From a virus, in the IMG/VR virus record IMGVR_UViG_3300045988_065566: a stretch of 17,001 nt of DNA. One strand, 5' to 3'. The number at the start of each line of letters is the position of its first letter. Position 1 is the stretch's first letter. Positions 1 to 6,304 of this stretch are shown here, piece after piece. The notes beneath the pieces were generated by a model. The model was not told the DNA's origin. It did no database searches and was given only the letters and a program-made list of their open reading frames with translations. The position numbers were made by a program, and so were the translations under genes.

Positions 1-40
1 AGGGCGTTGGCTGATACGTCGTTGTTGGAGAGGTGTTGAT
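1..40. repeat. Left inverted terminal repeat (40 bp, perfect)
   Basis: nt 1-40 AGGGCGTTGGCTGATACGTCGTTGTTGGAGAGGTGTTGAT is the exact reverse complement of nt 16962-17001. Identity ends at nt 41/16961. Short ITRs are typical of protein-primed linear phage genomes. Confidence 0.95.
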
Positions 41-41
41 T

Positions 42-551
42 ATGAAGGGTAATGATGACCGTACGAACTGGTTTGATGACGGTGTTTTGGATGACGATCG
101 CGTGCGCCGTGTCATTCGTGGCCGTCGGCGTAATCTATACTTGCGTGAGTACAATAAAGGTAGAGGCGACTGGGAGACATTTTGTCGTAGTGTAGCACTG
201 CTCAAGGACTTCTACAAGTCCCAAGGTGGTCAGGTGACGTTTGCCGACAGTATCGAACACGCGGCGAACATTTGTTTGAGCATCTCGCCAAGTTCGTCAA
301 TGTACGCCGCATTATCACGAACGCAGGATATTGAAATGTTGTCCGGGCTTATCTACTGTCCGGCAATGGTGGCGTGGTGCGCGGTCTGCCATGTTAAAGG
401 CGCGTCATGCTATGAGATGTGTCGGACTTGGGAGGGTAACGAGTTTGCTCAGACTATCATCAAAATTGCGTGTCTCCGTTTTGACAATCTGACCGATGCA
501 CGGTATACTGATGAGGATATTGCAAGAATGTCACGGCAACAGCAACATTAA
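42..551 (+). CDS. Hypothetical early protein, Cys-rich (about 169 aa)
   Basis: Long ORF. ATG at 42 lies 8 nt after GGAGAGG (27-33), which is inside the ITR. The track start at 33 is a GTG with no better RBS. Contains a C-x6-C-x2-C(H)-x6-C-x3-C cluster (YCPAMVAWCAVCHVKGASCYEMC). I recognise no family. Confidence 0.6.
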   Translation: MKGNDDRTNWFDDGVLDDDRVRRVIRGRRRNLYLREYNKGRGDWETFCRSVALLKDFYKSQGGQVTFADSIEHAANICLSISPSSSMYAALSRTQDIEMLSGLIYCPAMVAWCAVCHVKGASCYEMCRTWEGNEFAQTIIKIACLRFDNLTDARYTDEDIARMSRQQQH

Positions 552-562
552 GAAAAGGCAGT

Positions 563-883
563 ATGATTATGGCATATATTAAGCGAGCCAAGCACTATAG
601 TATTGTGCGCGGTGTCACGCGCGGCGAAAACGGGGAACTCGTGGACGCCGAGGTAGTCGTGAATGGCGCGTGCCGCACGCCTGAAATGGCTATGAAGAAA
701 GCCCGCAAGATTAACAAGGACATGCTCCCCATGTCCGCCGAGTATCATGCGCAGGTTACGCGCATGGATGAGGCAATCTATTGGGCTAATTGTGAGTTTG
801 GGGATGATACCATTATCGACTATCCGGGGTCGGCTAATGGCAACGTGGTTGAAGATGATATTATCTCCGAGGAAAATAATTAA
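563..883 (+). CDS. Hypothetical early protein, possibly a phi29 p6-like dsDNA-binding protein
   Basis: ORF of 104-106 aa (ATG at 563 or 569) with an acidic C-terminal tail (VVEDDIISEENN). Its size, acidic tail and position just upstream of the SSB candidate mirror phi29 gene 6. Sequence resemblance to my recollection of p6 is weak (NGEL.., ..MAMKKARK..). Confidence 0.5.
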   Translation: MIMAYIKRAKHYSIVRGVTRGENGELVDAEVVVNGACRTPEMAMKKARKINKDMLPMSAEYHAQVTRMDEAIYWANCEFGDDTIIDYPGSANGNVVEDDIISEENN

Positions 884-912
884 TAACCACTATAAGGAAA
901 GGCAACACACAC

Positions 913-1350
913 ATGGCTGACAACGAACTGGCCGTAGCAAACGGCAACAATTTCGCGGCAAACGGTGCCAACGCCGTCTCTCATTACTTCGACACCACTA
1001 CTATGGATGGTAAAATGGCGTTGTATAACGCCATGCAGACCGCCGATAGGGTTGATGAACATCTCAATGAGCCACTGCATGTCACTAATGTGCTTGCGCA
1101 GGCTATTGAGGTTGCTAATCAGGAGACGGGTGAGATCAACTCTTCTACCCGTGTTGTCATTCATGCGGAGGAGGGTGACTTTGCCGCCTCCTCCCCCACG
1201 TTGGCGCACGCTTTTGGTAATCTGTTCGCTATTTTCGGTACGCCGGACGCGTGGAAACAGCCGCTTGTTCTCAAGGTGGTGGAAAAGAAGAGTCGCCGTG
1301 GCTATAAGTTCTTCGACCTCGAACTGATGTCAGAAGACAAGCGCAAGTAA
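913..1350 (+). CDS. Putative single-stranded DNA-binding protein (phage SSB family; positional analog of phi29 gene 5)
   Basis: RBS AAGGAAAGG lies upstream. The pattern ..ALYNAMQ..(x)..V.NV..Q.IEV.N.ETGE....TRVVI..E.G.F...S......FGNLF.IFGTPD.W..PL.LKV resembles the Lactococcus/Streptococcus phage SSB family as I remember it. The order p6-like, SSB, TP, polymerase matches phi29. Confidence 0.5.
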   Translation: MADNELAVANGNNFAANGANAVSHYFDTTTMDGKMALYNAMQTADRVDEHLNEPLHVTNVLAQAIEVANQETGEINSSTRVVIHAEEGDFAASSPTLAHAFGNLFAIFGTPDAWKQPLVLKVVEKKSRRGYKFFDLELMSEDKRK

Positions 1351-1397
1351 CGTGAATGTCCACGTCATATGATAACGTGGTAACGTCCCTATAGGGA
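1349..1397. promoter_or_regulatory. Cluster of ACGT-core motifs and palindromes (possible operator)
   Basis: Four (A/C)ACGT(G/C) motifs within about 40 bp (AACGTG 1349, CACGTC 1361, AACGTG 1374, AACGTC 1382). Inverted repeat CCACGT(1360-1365)-N9-ACGTGG(1375-1380). Perfect 12-bp palindrome TCCCTATAGGGA (1386-1397). Confidence 0.3.
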
Positions 1398-1414
1398 TGT
1401 TGCCGCCAGACTCA

Positions 1415-1456
1415 CCCCTCCCGTCGTTTCCCATCCTTACGGCGGGGGGGTGTTTT
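1415..1456 (+). terminator. Putative intrinsic terminator/attenuator between the SSB and TP genes
   Basis: C-rich arm 1415-1424 pairs with G-rich arm 1439-1449 (about 10 bp, one bulge, one G-U), followed by GTGTTTT. It would lower TP/polymerase expression relative to SSB. Confidence 0.4.
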
Positions 1457-1477
1457 ACACTCATAAGAGGAGGGGGC

Positions 1478-2422
1478 GTGGCAAAACGTAAAAACAACCG
1501 ACGCGCCAACAATCTGAAACGCAACGCCGCCATCAGGTCGGCACAGGTACGCCGAGAGCGAGCTGTCAGAGATTATAGTAACGGACACCTCCCCAAGCAA
1601 ATCACCGAAACGTTTCTGGAAAAACTCAGCGCCCAACAACTCGAACAGGTTGCGCGCCGAATCGGGCAGGAGTTCGGGGAACAACAGCAGGCCTTGAGGG
1701 CACGGGACAGCGAGCCGTATCAGGTCGTGCCGGATGTGCATATCACGAAACTTGATAGGGAGCTGGCGGCGCGTCCGTTGATTACCGACGCGGAAATCGC
1801 CGCCGCCCCGTCGAAACGTCGGAAAACATTACGACAGCAACAGCGCCGCCGTATCGAGGCACGGCGGAAAATCAAACGTGCCCAACAATTCGAGGCCTTG
1901 AGCATGGCGAGCTACACGGTGGGAGAAATCCGTGAGATGGAACGCGCGGGAGAGTCGCCGTTTGACGTGTTGGGCACTCATACGGTCGGCGGTTCGGCGC
2001 GTGACGAACTCACGCGCAACCGTGCGAACATGTTTGGTTCGGAGCGTGGTATGAGTCACGCGCGTGTGATGATACGAGAGGGGGGCAGGAGGAGGCTTGA
2101 ACGGGAGATACTCGAATACGCCGGACTTATAGGTCGAGCGCCATTACGTGCAGGCACTGGAAAAATCCCCAAGAACGAGGGGGTTGCGGATTTTGAGAGA
2201 GTCGCGCAACAGCTTGAAGCATTCGACTCCAATATTTCCCAAAAATTCGCGTCTTTATCGAACCGTCAAAAACGATGGCTGATAAACAACACGAATTTTA
2301 GCACCGTGGTACGCGAGGCTGCATGGTATAATGATAAGACACATAAATGGGAGACCAAAGCGGACGCGGGAGATGTAGAGACTAGACTTGATGAATGGAT
2401 GACCAGCGCGGCACGACACTAA
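1478..2422 (+). CDS. Putative terminal protein (replication primer)
   Basis: Sits directly upstream of the protein-primed polymerase, as phi29 gene 3 does. Extremely basic N-terminus (VAKRKNNRRANNLKRNAAIRSAQVRRER) plus a second R/K-rich block (RRKTLRQQQRRRIEARRKIKR). I prefer the GTG start at 1478 because AAGAGGAGG (1465-1473) precedes it. The track ATG at 1397 would translate through the hairpin. No direct sequence match that I can verify. Confidence 0.55.
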   Translation: MAKRKNNRRANNLKRNAAIRSAQVRRERAVRDYSNGHLPKQITETFLEKLSAQQLEQVARRIGQEFGEQQQALRARDSEPYQVVPDVHITKLDRELAARPLITDAEIAAAPSKRRKTLRQQQRRRIEARRKIKRAQQFEALSMASYTVGEIREMERAGESPFDVLGTHTVGGSARDELTRNRANMFGSERGMSHARVMIREGGRRRLEREILEYAGLIGRAPLRAGTGKIPKNEGVADFERVAQQLEAFDSNISQKFASLSNRQKRWLINNTNFSTVVREAAWYNDKTHKWETKADAGDVETRLDEWMTSAARH

Positions 2423-2434
2423 AGGGATGGAATC

Positions 2435-3895
2435 ATGAAAGAGCGTCGAACGGCGGCAACAGACGGCGCAACACTATTGACGGATGACGGCGTGGAACCA
2501 TTGACGGCGAGCGCCGTTATCCGCCTTACCATGCTCGACCATCATACGCGCGTATGGTGCGCCCACGGATGGCAGGATATCAAACCCATAGCCGCCGAAC
2601 TGTTGAAACGACTCCCGTTGCAGTCGAATCCAGCCAAGGACGGTGTGTGGGGCACGTTCAACATTCGAGGCCACTTCTATAGTTTTCGTGTGCGTATGGG
2701 CGGCATCACCGTGGATTTTGTGGACGTGCGTAATGTCACGCGCGACGATGGATTGAATGTTTCACGTGAAACGTTTGGCGGTGCGGACGATTTGGAGACC
2801 ACGTGGAACATTGCGCAGGAATGCACCGCCCTGAATCTTAAGGGCACGACCATAGCTTCAATGGCGATGACCGACTACATTGATGGCGATTACGCCGGAT
2901 TCAAACGCCATTTTCCACCATTGGATAAAGATGTTTATCACCGTATGCGCCCCTCCTACTATGGGGCGATAGTGTACAGTAAGCCGGGCGAATACCGGGA
3001 CTGCCGAAGCTGGGACGTGAACAGCCTCTACCCGAGTATCATGCGTGATTCGCCCATGCCAGTAGGCTCACCAATATGGTATGGCGGCGAATATCAACAC
3101 GACAATGACTATCCACTACATATCGATGTCATTGCGTTTGATGCAAGGTTGAAACCGGGAAAAACGGCGACACTCACCAATATCCTACCCGTATGGGGGT
3201 ATGAGGGTGAACGCTTGGATAGTACGCTGGGCGTTGTCACCATGCCAGTTACGGATGTGGATTGGGAGACGCTGACCGAAAACTATGACATCCACGTGTG
3301 GGAGCATGTCGGCGGCTGGAAGTTACGCAAATCACACGGACTTTATTATACATACGTGGACAAATGGTTTCACGTGAAACAAACCGCGACGGGTGAGCGC
3401 AGGCAGATGGCGAAACTATTACTGAACTCGCTGGTGGGAAAATTCGGGGCCTCGCTGTACCGTCCCATGTTGCATCCGAAACCGTCTATGGATGGAGGCG
3501 TGGATTTTACCGTGGACAAACCCGAGTCGGCCAACAGTCTGGCATGGCTACCGACCGCCGCATATGTCAACGCCTATGGACGGCAAATACTATCCCGCGC
3601 CATGAACGATAACGCCGAGCGCGTGATCTACGCCGATACCGACGGCATGATACTAGAAGGACTGGACGCGCCCGCAGGCATGGAAACGGATGACCGAAAA
3701 CTAGGCGCGTGGAAAAACGACCACACCTATGAGAGGCTCCGTATCCTAGGCAATCGCAAATATTGTGGTGTGGAAACAGGCGGCGATACCGTCATGCGGC
3801 TGAGCGGCGTGCACCGCGCCGCCCCCATCCCCTATGATGAGTTTATATCCGGGTCACGCCATTTCAACGACGATGGCCATGCTTTTATGCTATAA
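2435..3895 (+). CDS. Protein-primed family-B DNA polymerase (phi29 gp2-like)
   Basis: Motif A WDVNSLYPS, motif B KLLLNSLVGKFG, motif C IYADTDG, and KxY (NRKYCG). Long collinear similarity to phi29 DNAP, e.g. DYPLHI, DKWFHVKQ vs DKWTYIKT, and TRVWCAHGW vs CRVWAYGY. The region between motifs B and C has TPR2-like length. Confidence 0.95.
   Translation: MKERRTAATDGATLLTDDGVEPLTASAVIRLTMLDHHTRVWCAHGWQDIKPIAAELLKRLPLQSNPAKDGVWGTFNIRGHFYSFRVRMGGITVDFVDVRNVTRDDGLNVSRETFGGADDLETTWNIAQECTALNLKGTTIASMAMTDYIDGDYAGFKRHFPPLDKDVYHRMRPSYYGAIVYSKPGEYRDCRSWDVNSLYPSIMRDSPMPVGSPIWYGGEYQHDNDYPLHIDVIAFDARLKPGKTATLTNILPVWGYEGERLDSTLGVVTMPVTDVDWETLTENYDIHVWEHVGGWKLRKSHGLYYTYVDKWFHVKQTATGERRQMAKLLLNSLVGKFGASLYRPMLHPKPSMDGGVDFTVDKPESANSLAWLPTAAYVNAYGRQILSRAMNDNAERVIYADTDGMILEGLDAPAGMETDDRKLGAWKNDHTYERLRILGNRKYCGVETGGDTVMRLSGVHRAAPIPYDEFISGSRHFNDDGHAFML
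2759..2772. repeat. Copy 1 of the 14-bp perfect palindrome GTTTCACGTGAAAC
   Basis: Exact 14-mer inside the polymerase gene, read as ..N V S R E T... Confidence 0.9.
3367..3380. repeat. Copy 2 of the 14-bp perfect palindrome GTTTCACGTGAAAC
   Basis: Exact 14-mer inside the polymerase gene, in a different codon phase (..W F H V K Q..). Confidence 0.9.
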
Positions 3896-3896
3896 T
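3888..3896 (+). promoter_or_regulatory. Extended -10 promoter candidate TGCTATAAT
   Basis: Perfect TGnTATAAT overlapping the polymerase stop codon (TAA 3893-3895). No good -35, which an extended -10 can tolerate. Confidence 0.4.
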
Positions 3897-3902
3897 ATCC
3901 GG

Positions 3903-4066
3903 TAGCGGGATGTGCGTCCCAAGCCGACTCGATGGCCCGACCGGCAGGCAAATCGGTAAGGCGAACTGGTCGGATGTAGACGTGCGTAGCCAACGCCCAG
4001 CGACGGCGAGGGAACCCGCACAGCCTAGCAATCCGGCACGGCGTCGTGATTGACGCCGTGCCTTTT
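3903..4066 (+). ncRNA. Candidate structured non-coding RNA, about 165 nt (pRNA-like RNA or late-operon leader)
   Basis: GC-rich gap bounded by the extended -10 (3888-3896) and a strong terminator (4035-4066). Possible helices are 3907-3916/4017-4026 and 3937-3944/3966-3973. The only ORF is a 47-codon P/R-rich frame with no RBS. The 5' end is only predicted. Confidence 0.35.
4035..4066 (+). terminator. Rho-independent terminator
   Basis: GGCACGGCGTC (4035-4045), loop GTGATT, GACGCCGTGCC (4052-4062), giving a perfect 11-bp GC-rich stem followed by TTTT (4063-4066). Confidence 0.8.
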
Positions 4067-4082
4067 ACTCTAAGAGGTGATT

Positions 4083-4427
4083 ATGGACGACACCGAAACC
4101 CACGACAAGCCGGACACCACGCCCGACGCTGAACCGGACGCCGAACCGACCGACGACAATACGCCGGACCCGGAGCTTGAAGCGCAGGACGACAGCGAAC
4201 CGGAGGATGCGGGCGACGACAAGAACGCCGACATGGCCAACCGTCTCAGCGCTTTGGAAGCGACCGTGGCGGAACTATCCAAAACCATTGAGGCGATGCG
4301 CGACGCCGCCGCAGACCACGTGTTGAACGATGGCCCGGACGGCGATGAGGAGCCGGACGCCACGGAAATGACCGACGATGACTACAACGGCACCTATTCC
4401 ACGTTCGATGACCTTTTTGAAGACTAG
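4083..4427 (+). CDS. Highly acidic protein, putative scaffolding protein (positional analog of phi29 gp7)
   Basis: RBS AAGAGGTGA (4072-4080) then ATG at 4083. About 114 aa, very rich in D/E/P, with a central helical segment (ANRLSALEATVAELSKTIEAMRDAAA). Lies directly upstream of the major capsid gene. Confidence 0.5.
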   Translation: MDDTETHDKPDTTPDAEPDAEPTDDNTPDPELEAQDDSEPEDAGDDKNADMANRLSALEATVAELSKTIEAMRDAAADHVLNDGPDGDEEPDATEMTDDDYNGTYSTFDDLFED

Positions 4428-4449
4428 TGATTAGGAGGGAATGATTATC

Positions 4450-6180
4450 ATGCCAACCACTCCAGTGGTGACGCCCAAACAGCAGTTGCGCCCGCTCACC
4501 GAATTCAACAACGCTCAAATCCTCAATATGATTCGTAACGAGGCATCTCCTGAATACCAACGGAGAATGCCCTCGGCCACTCAGATGAACATGGACCGCC
4601 AAATGGCTACGCTCATGTCCAGCACCCAACTCAAGAACGAGTTCTACTCGGCCTTGGTCAACCGTATCGGCGGTACGTATGTGAACACGTGGCGTTGGAA
4701 TAATCCGCTTGGCGTTTTCCAGCGTGCATCTCAGGCGTATGGCGATACGTGGCAGGAAATCGCCGTAGGTATGCCGCTCGCACAGGTATATGACCCGGAC
4801 GCGGAGTACTTGGGCGCGGACAACTTCCGCAAGTGGAAAATCGATGTGGACAGCCTTTACCATCGTCTGGACTTCGCCCACTTCTACCCCGCTACCACGG
4901 ATGACAAGACGCTCCAGCGCGCTTTCGCCTCAGAAAACGGTTTGGCCTCCCTTACTTCCCAGATTCTCACCTCCTGTTACAATGCGGCTGAGGTTGACTT
5001 GTTCGAGGCCATGTGCCACCAGTTCGTGGAATACGCGAAACTGGGCGGCTATTGGCGCGTCCACATGGGGCATGACCTTAACGACATGGGTTCGACGGAA
5101 ACCGACGCCCGCGACATGTTGCGCCAGATTCGCGCATGGGCCGACACGCTGAAATTCGTGTCTACCCGGTATAATGCGCGTCATATGCCGACGTTTGCCC
5201 GCCCCGACGAACTCGTACTGTTCTGCTCTCCCGAGGTTAAGTCGGCGCTTGACGTGCAGGGCCTCGCGACCGTGTTCCAGCGTACGGACGCTGAGCCGAC
5301 CATTGACCGGATTATCGTCATTCCACAGGACAGGTTCGGCATGGACGGCGTGCAGGCCATTCTTACTACTGACAAGTTTTTGATTGATATTCCCGTTATC
5401 AATGAGATGACCCAGCAGACGAACCCGGTGAACATCAACTCGGTCAACCATTATCTGCATGTCCAGCACATTATCTCGGTGTCCGGTTTCGCCCCGGCCG
5501 TCATGTTCTGGACGGGCGCGGGTTCCACCGCCAAGGTGGTGGCTCCTACCGGTACGACGGCCAAGACGCCGGCCTTCCAGCTTAAACTCGCCATGTACGG
5601 TGGCGGCACGTCCACCCCGTCGAACGTGGCGCGTGGCGGTGCGGTGCAGGTCATTGCGGATACGGCCATCACCAATGACGGTACGGCCACGTTCCGTTCG
5701 GACGCGGTCGAGTATCGTATTGGCGACACCGCCAAGCCGAAGAGCGATTACACGTACATTTCGCCCACCGGCGTACTGGTGGTCGGCCTTGACGAACCGA
5801 ACACCACTATCCCGGTAACGGCGACCGCATTGTACACGAATCCGGCGACGCCGGAAGTGCCGGGTACGGTGGCCGCCGCCCTGAGCGTGCCGGTGGTTGG
5901 CGACGGTATCATTGGATTCAGCCCGTCGATTATCGCGTCGATTGCCGTCAACGTCTCGAATGTGACTACGGGTCATACGGTTCAGGCGACTGCCGTAGCG
6001 ACTATGATTGACGGGCGAACCGCCGACGTTACCATGCAGGCCGCATGGACATCCGGCACCCCGGCCAACGCCACCGTGTCCGAGTCGGGTGTCGTTACCG
6101 GCGTCAAGGCGGGCGCGTCCGATATCACCGCCACGCTGTTCGGCGTATCCGGTAAGAAGAGCGTGACCGTGACCGCGTGA
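4450..6180 (+). CDS. Major capsid protein with C-terminal Ig-like (Big_2) domain (phi29 gp8-like)
   Basis: Position and size fit. The C-terminal roughly 80 aa (..VQATAVATMIDGRTADVTMQAAWTSGTPANATVSESGVVTGVKAGASDITATLFGVSGKKSVTVTA) is a classic Big_2 signature, as in phi29 gp8. AGGAGG at 4433-4438 favours ATG 4450 (11-nt spacing) over ATG 4441 (2 nt). Confidence 0.88.
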   Translation: MPTTPVVTPKQQLRPLTEFNNAQILNMIRNEASPEYQRRMPSATQMNMDRQMATLMSSTQLKNEFYSALVNRIGGTYVNTWRWNNPLGVFQRASQAYGDTWQEIAVGMPLAQVYDPDAEYLGADNFRKWKIDVDSLYHRLDFAHFYPATTDDKTLQRAFASENGLASLTSQILTSCYNAAEVDLFEAMCHQFVEYAKLGGYWRVHMGHDLNDMGSTETDARDMLRQIRAWADTLKFVSTRYNARHMPTFARPDELVLFCSPEVKSALDVQGLATVFQRTDAEPTIDRIIVIPQDRFGMDGVQAILTTDKFLIDIPVINEMTQQTNPVNINSVNHYLHVQHIISVSGFAPAVMFWTGAGSTAKVVAPTGTTAKTPAFQLKLAMYGGGTSTPSNVARGGAVQVIADTAITNDGTATFRSDAVEYRIGDTAKPKSDYTYISPTGVLVVGLDEPNTTIPVTATALYTNPATPEVPGTVAAALSVPVVGDGIIGFSPSIIASIAVNVSNVTTGHTVQATAVATMIDGRTADVTMQAAWTSGTPANATVSESGVVTGVKAGASDITATLFGVSGKKSVTVTA

Positions 6181-6186
6181 TATAAT
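6178..6186 (+). promoter_or_regulatory. Extended -10 promoter candidate TGATATAAT
   Basis: Perfect TGnTATAAT overlapping the capsid stop codon (TGA 6178-6180). Same arrangement as at 3888-3896. Confidence 0.35.
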
Positions 6187-6232
6187 GAGAGGGTGGCCGG
6201 CTGGCTACTCTCTATCACAGTGTGATACAGGA

Positions 6233-6273
6233 CAGTGCCCGGAGCGCAAGCCACGTGAGCGCTCCGGACACTG
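6233..6273 (+). other. Long imperfect hairpin with a CACGTG loop
   Basis: CAGTGCCCGGAGCGC (6233-6247) pairs with GCGCTCCGGACACTG (6259-6273): 15 bp with one C/A mismatch and an 11-nt loop AAGCCACGTGA. ACAGTG/CACTGT words recur at 6217, 6232, 6269 and 6276, which allows alternative pairings. Confidence 0.6.
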
Positions 6274-6304
6274 TGACAGTCGCCTAATCTGCGACATAAT
6301 AAAA

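Noticed and set aside
1397-1477. An N-terminal extension of the terminal-protein ORF from ATG 1397.
   Set aside because: It would translate through the palindrome and the C/G-rich hairpin (PPDSPLPSFPILTAGGCF) and has no spaced RBS. GTG 1478 follows a strong AAGAGGAGG.
2324-2332. TGGTATAAT inside the 3' end of the TP gene, as an internal promoter for the polymerase.
   Set aside because: It is plausible, but it lies in coding sequence with nothing else to support it. TATAAT hexamers are fairly frequent in this genome, occurring also at 5169, 11018, 11447, 12707 and 14723. I have not listed it as a feature.
3910-4053. A 47-codon ORF (MCVPSRLDGPTGRQIGKANWSDVDVRSQRPATAREPAQPSNPARRRD) inside the polymerase-scaffold gap.
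   Set aside because: It has no credible RBS. Its P/R/A-rich composition is typical of a random frame in GC-rich DNA, and its stop codon lies in the terminator loop. I treat the region as non-coding, although only ribosome profiling or mass spectrometry could exclude translation.
4246-5976. Long minus-strand ORFs (4246-4881, 4930-5976). Similar ones occur at 10440-10916, 10934-11446, 13103-13768 and 16178-16609.
   Set aside because: They lie antisense to well-supported genes. Their R/G/P-rich composition is typical of shadow frames in GC-rich coding DNA, and they have no RBS and no recognisable motifs.
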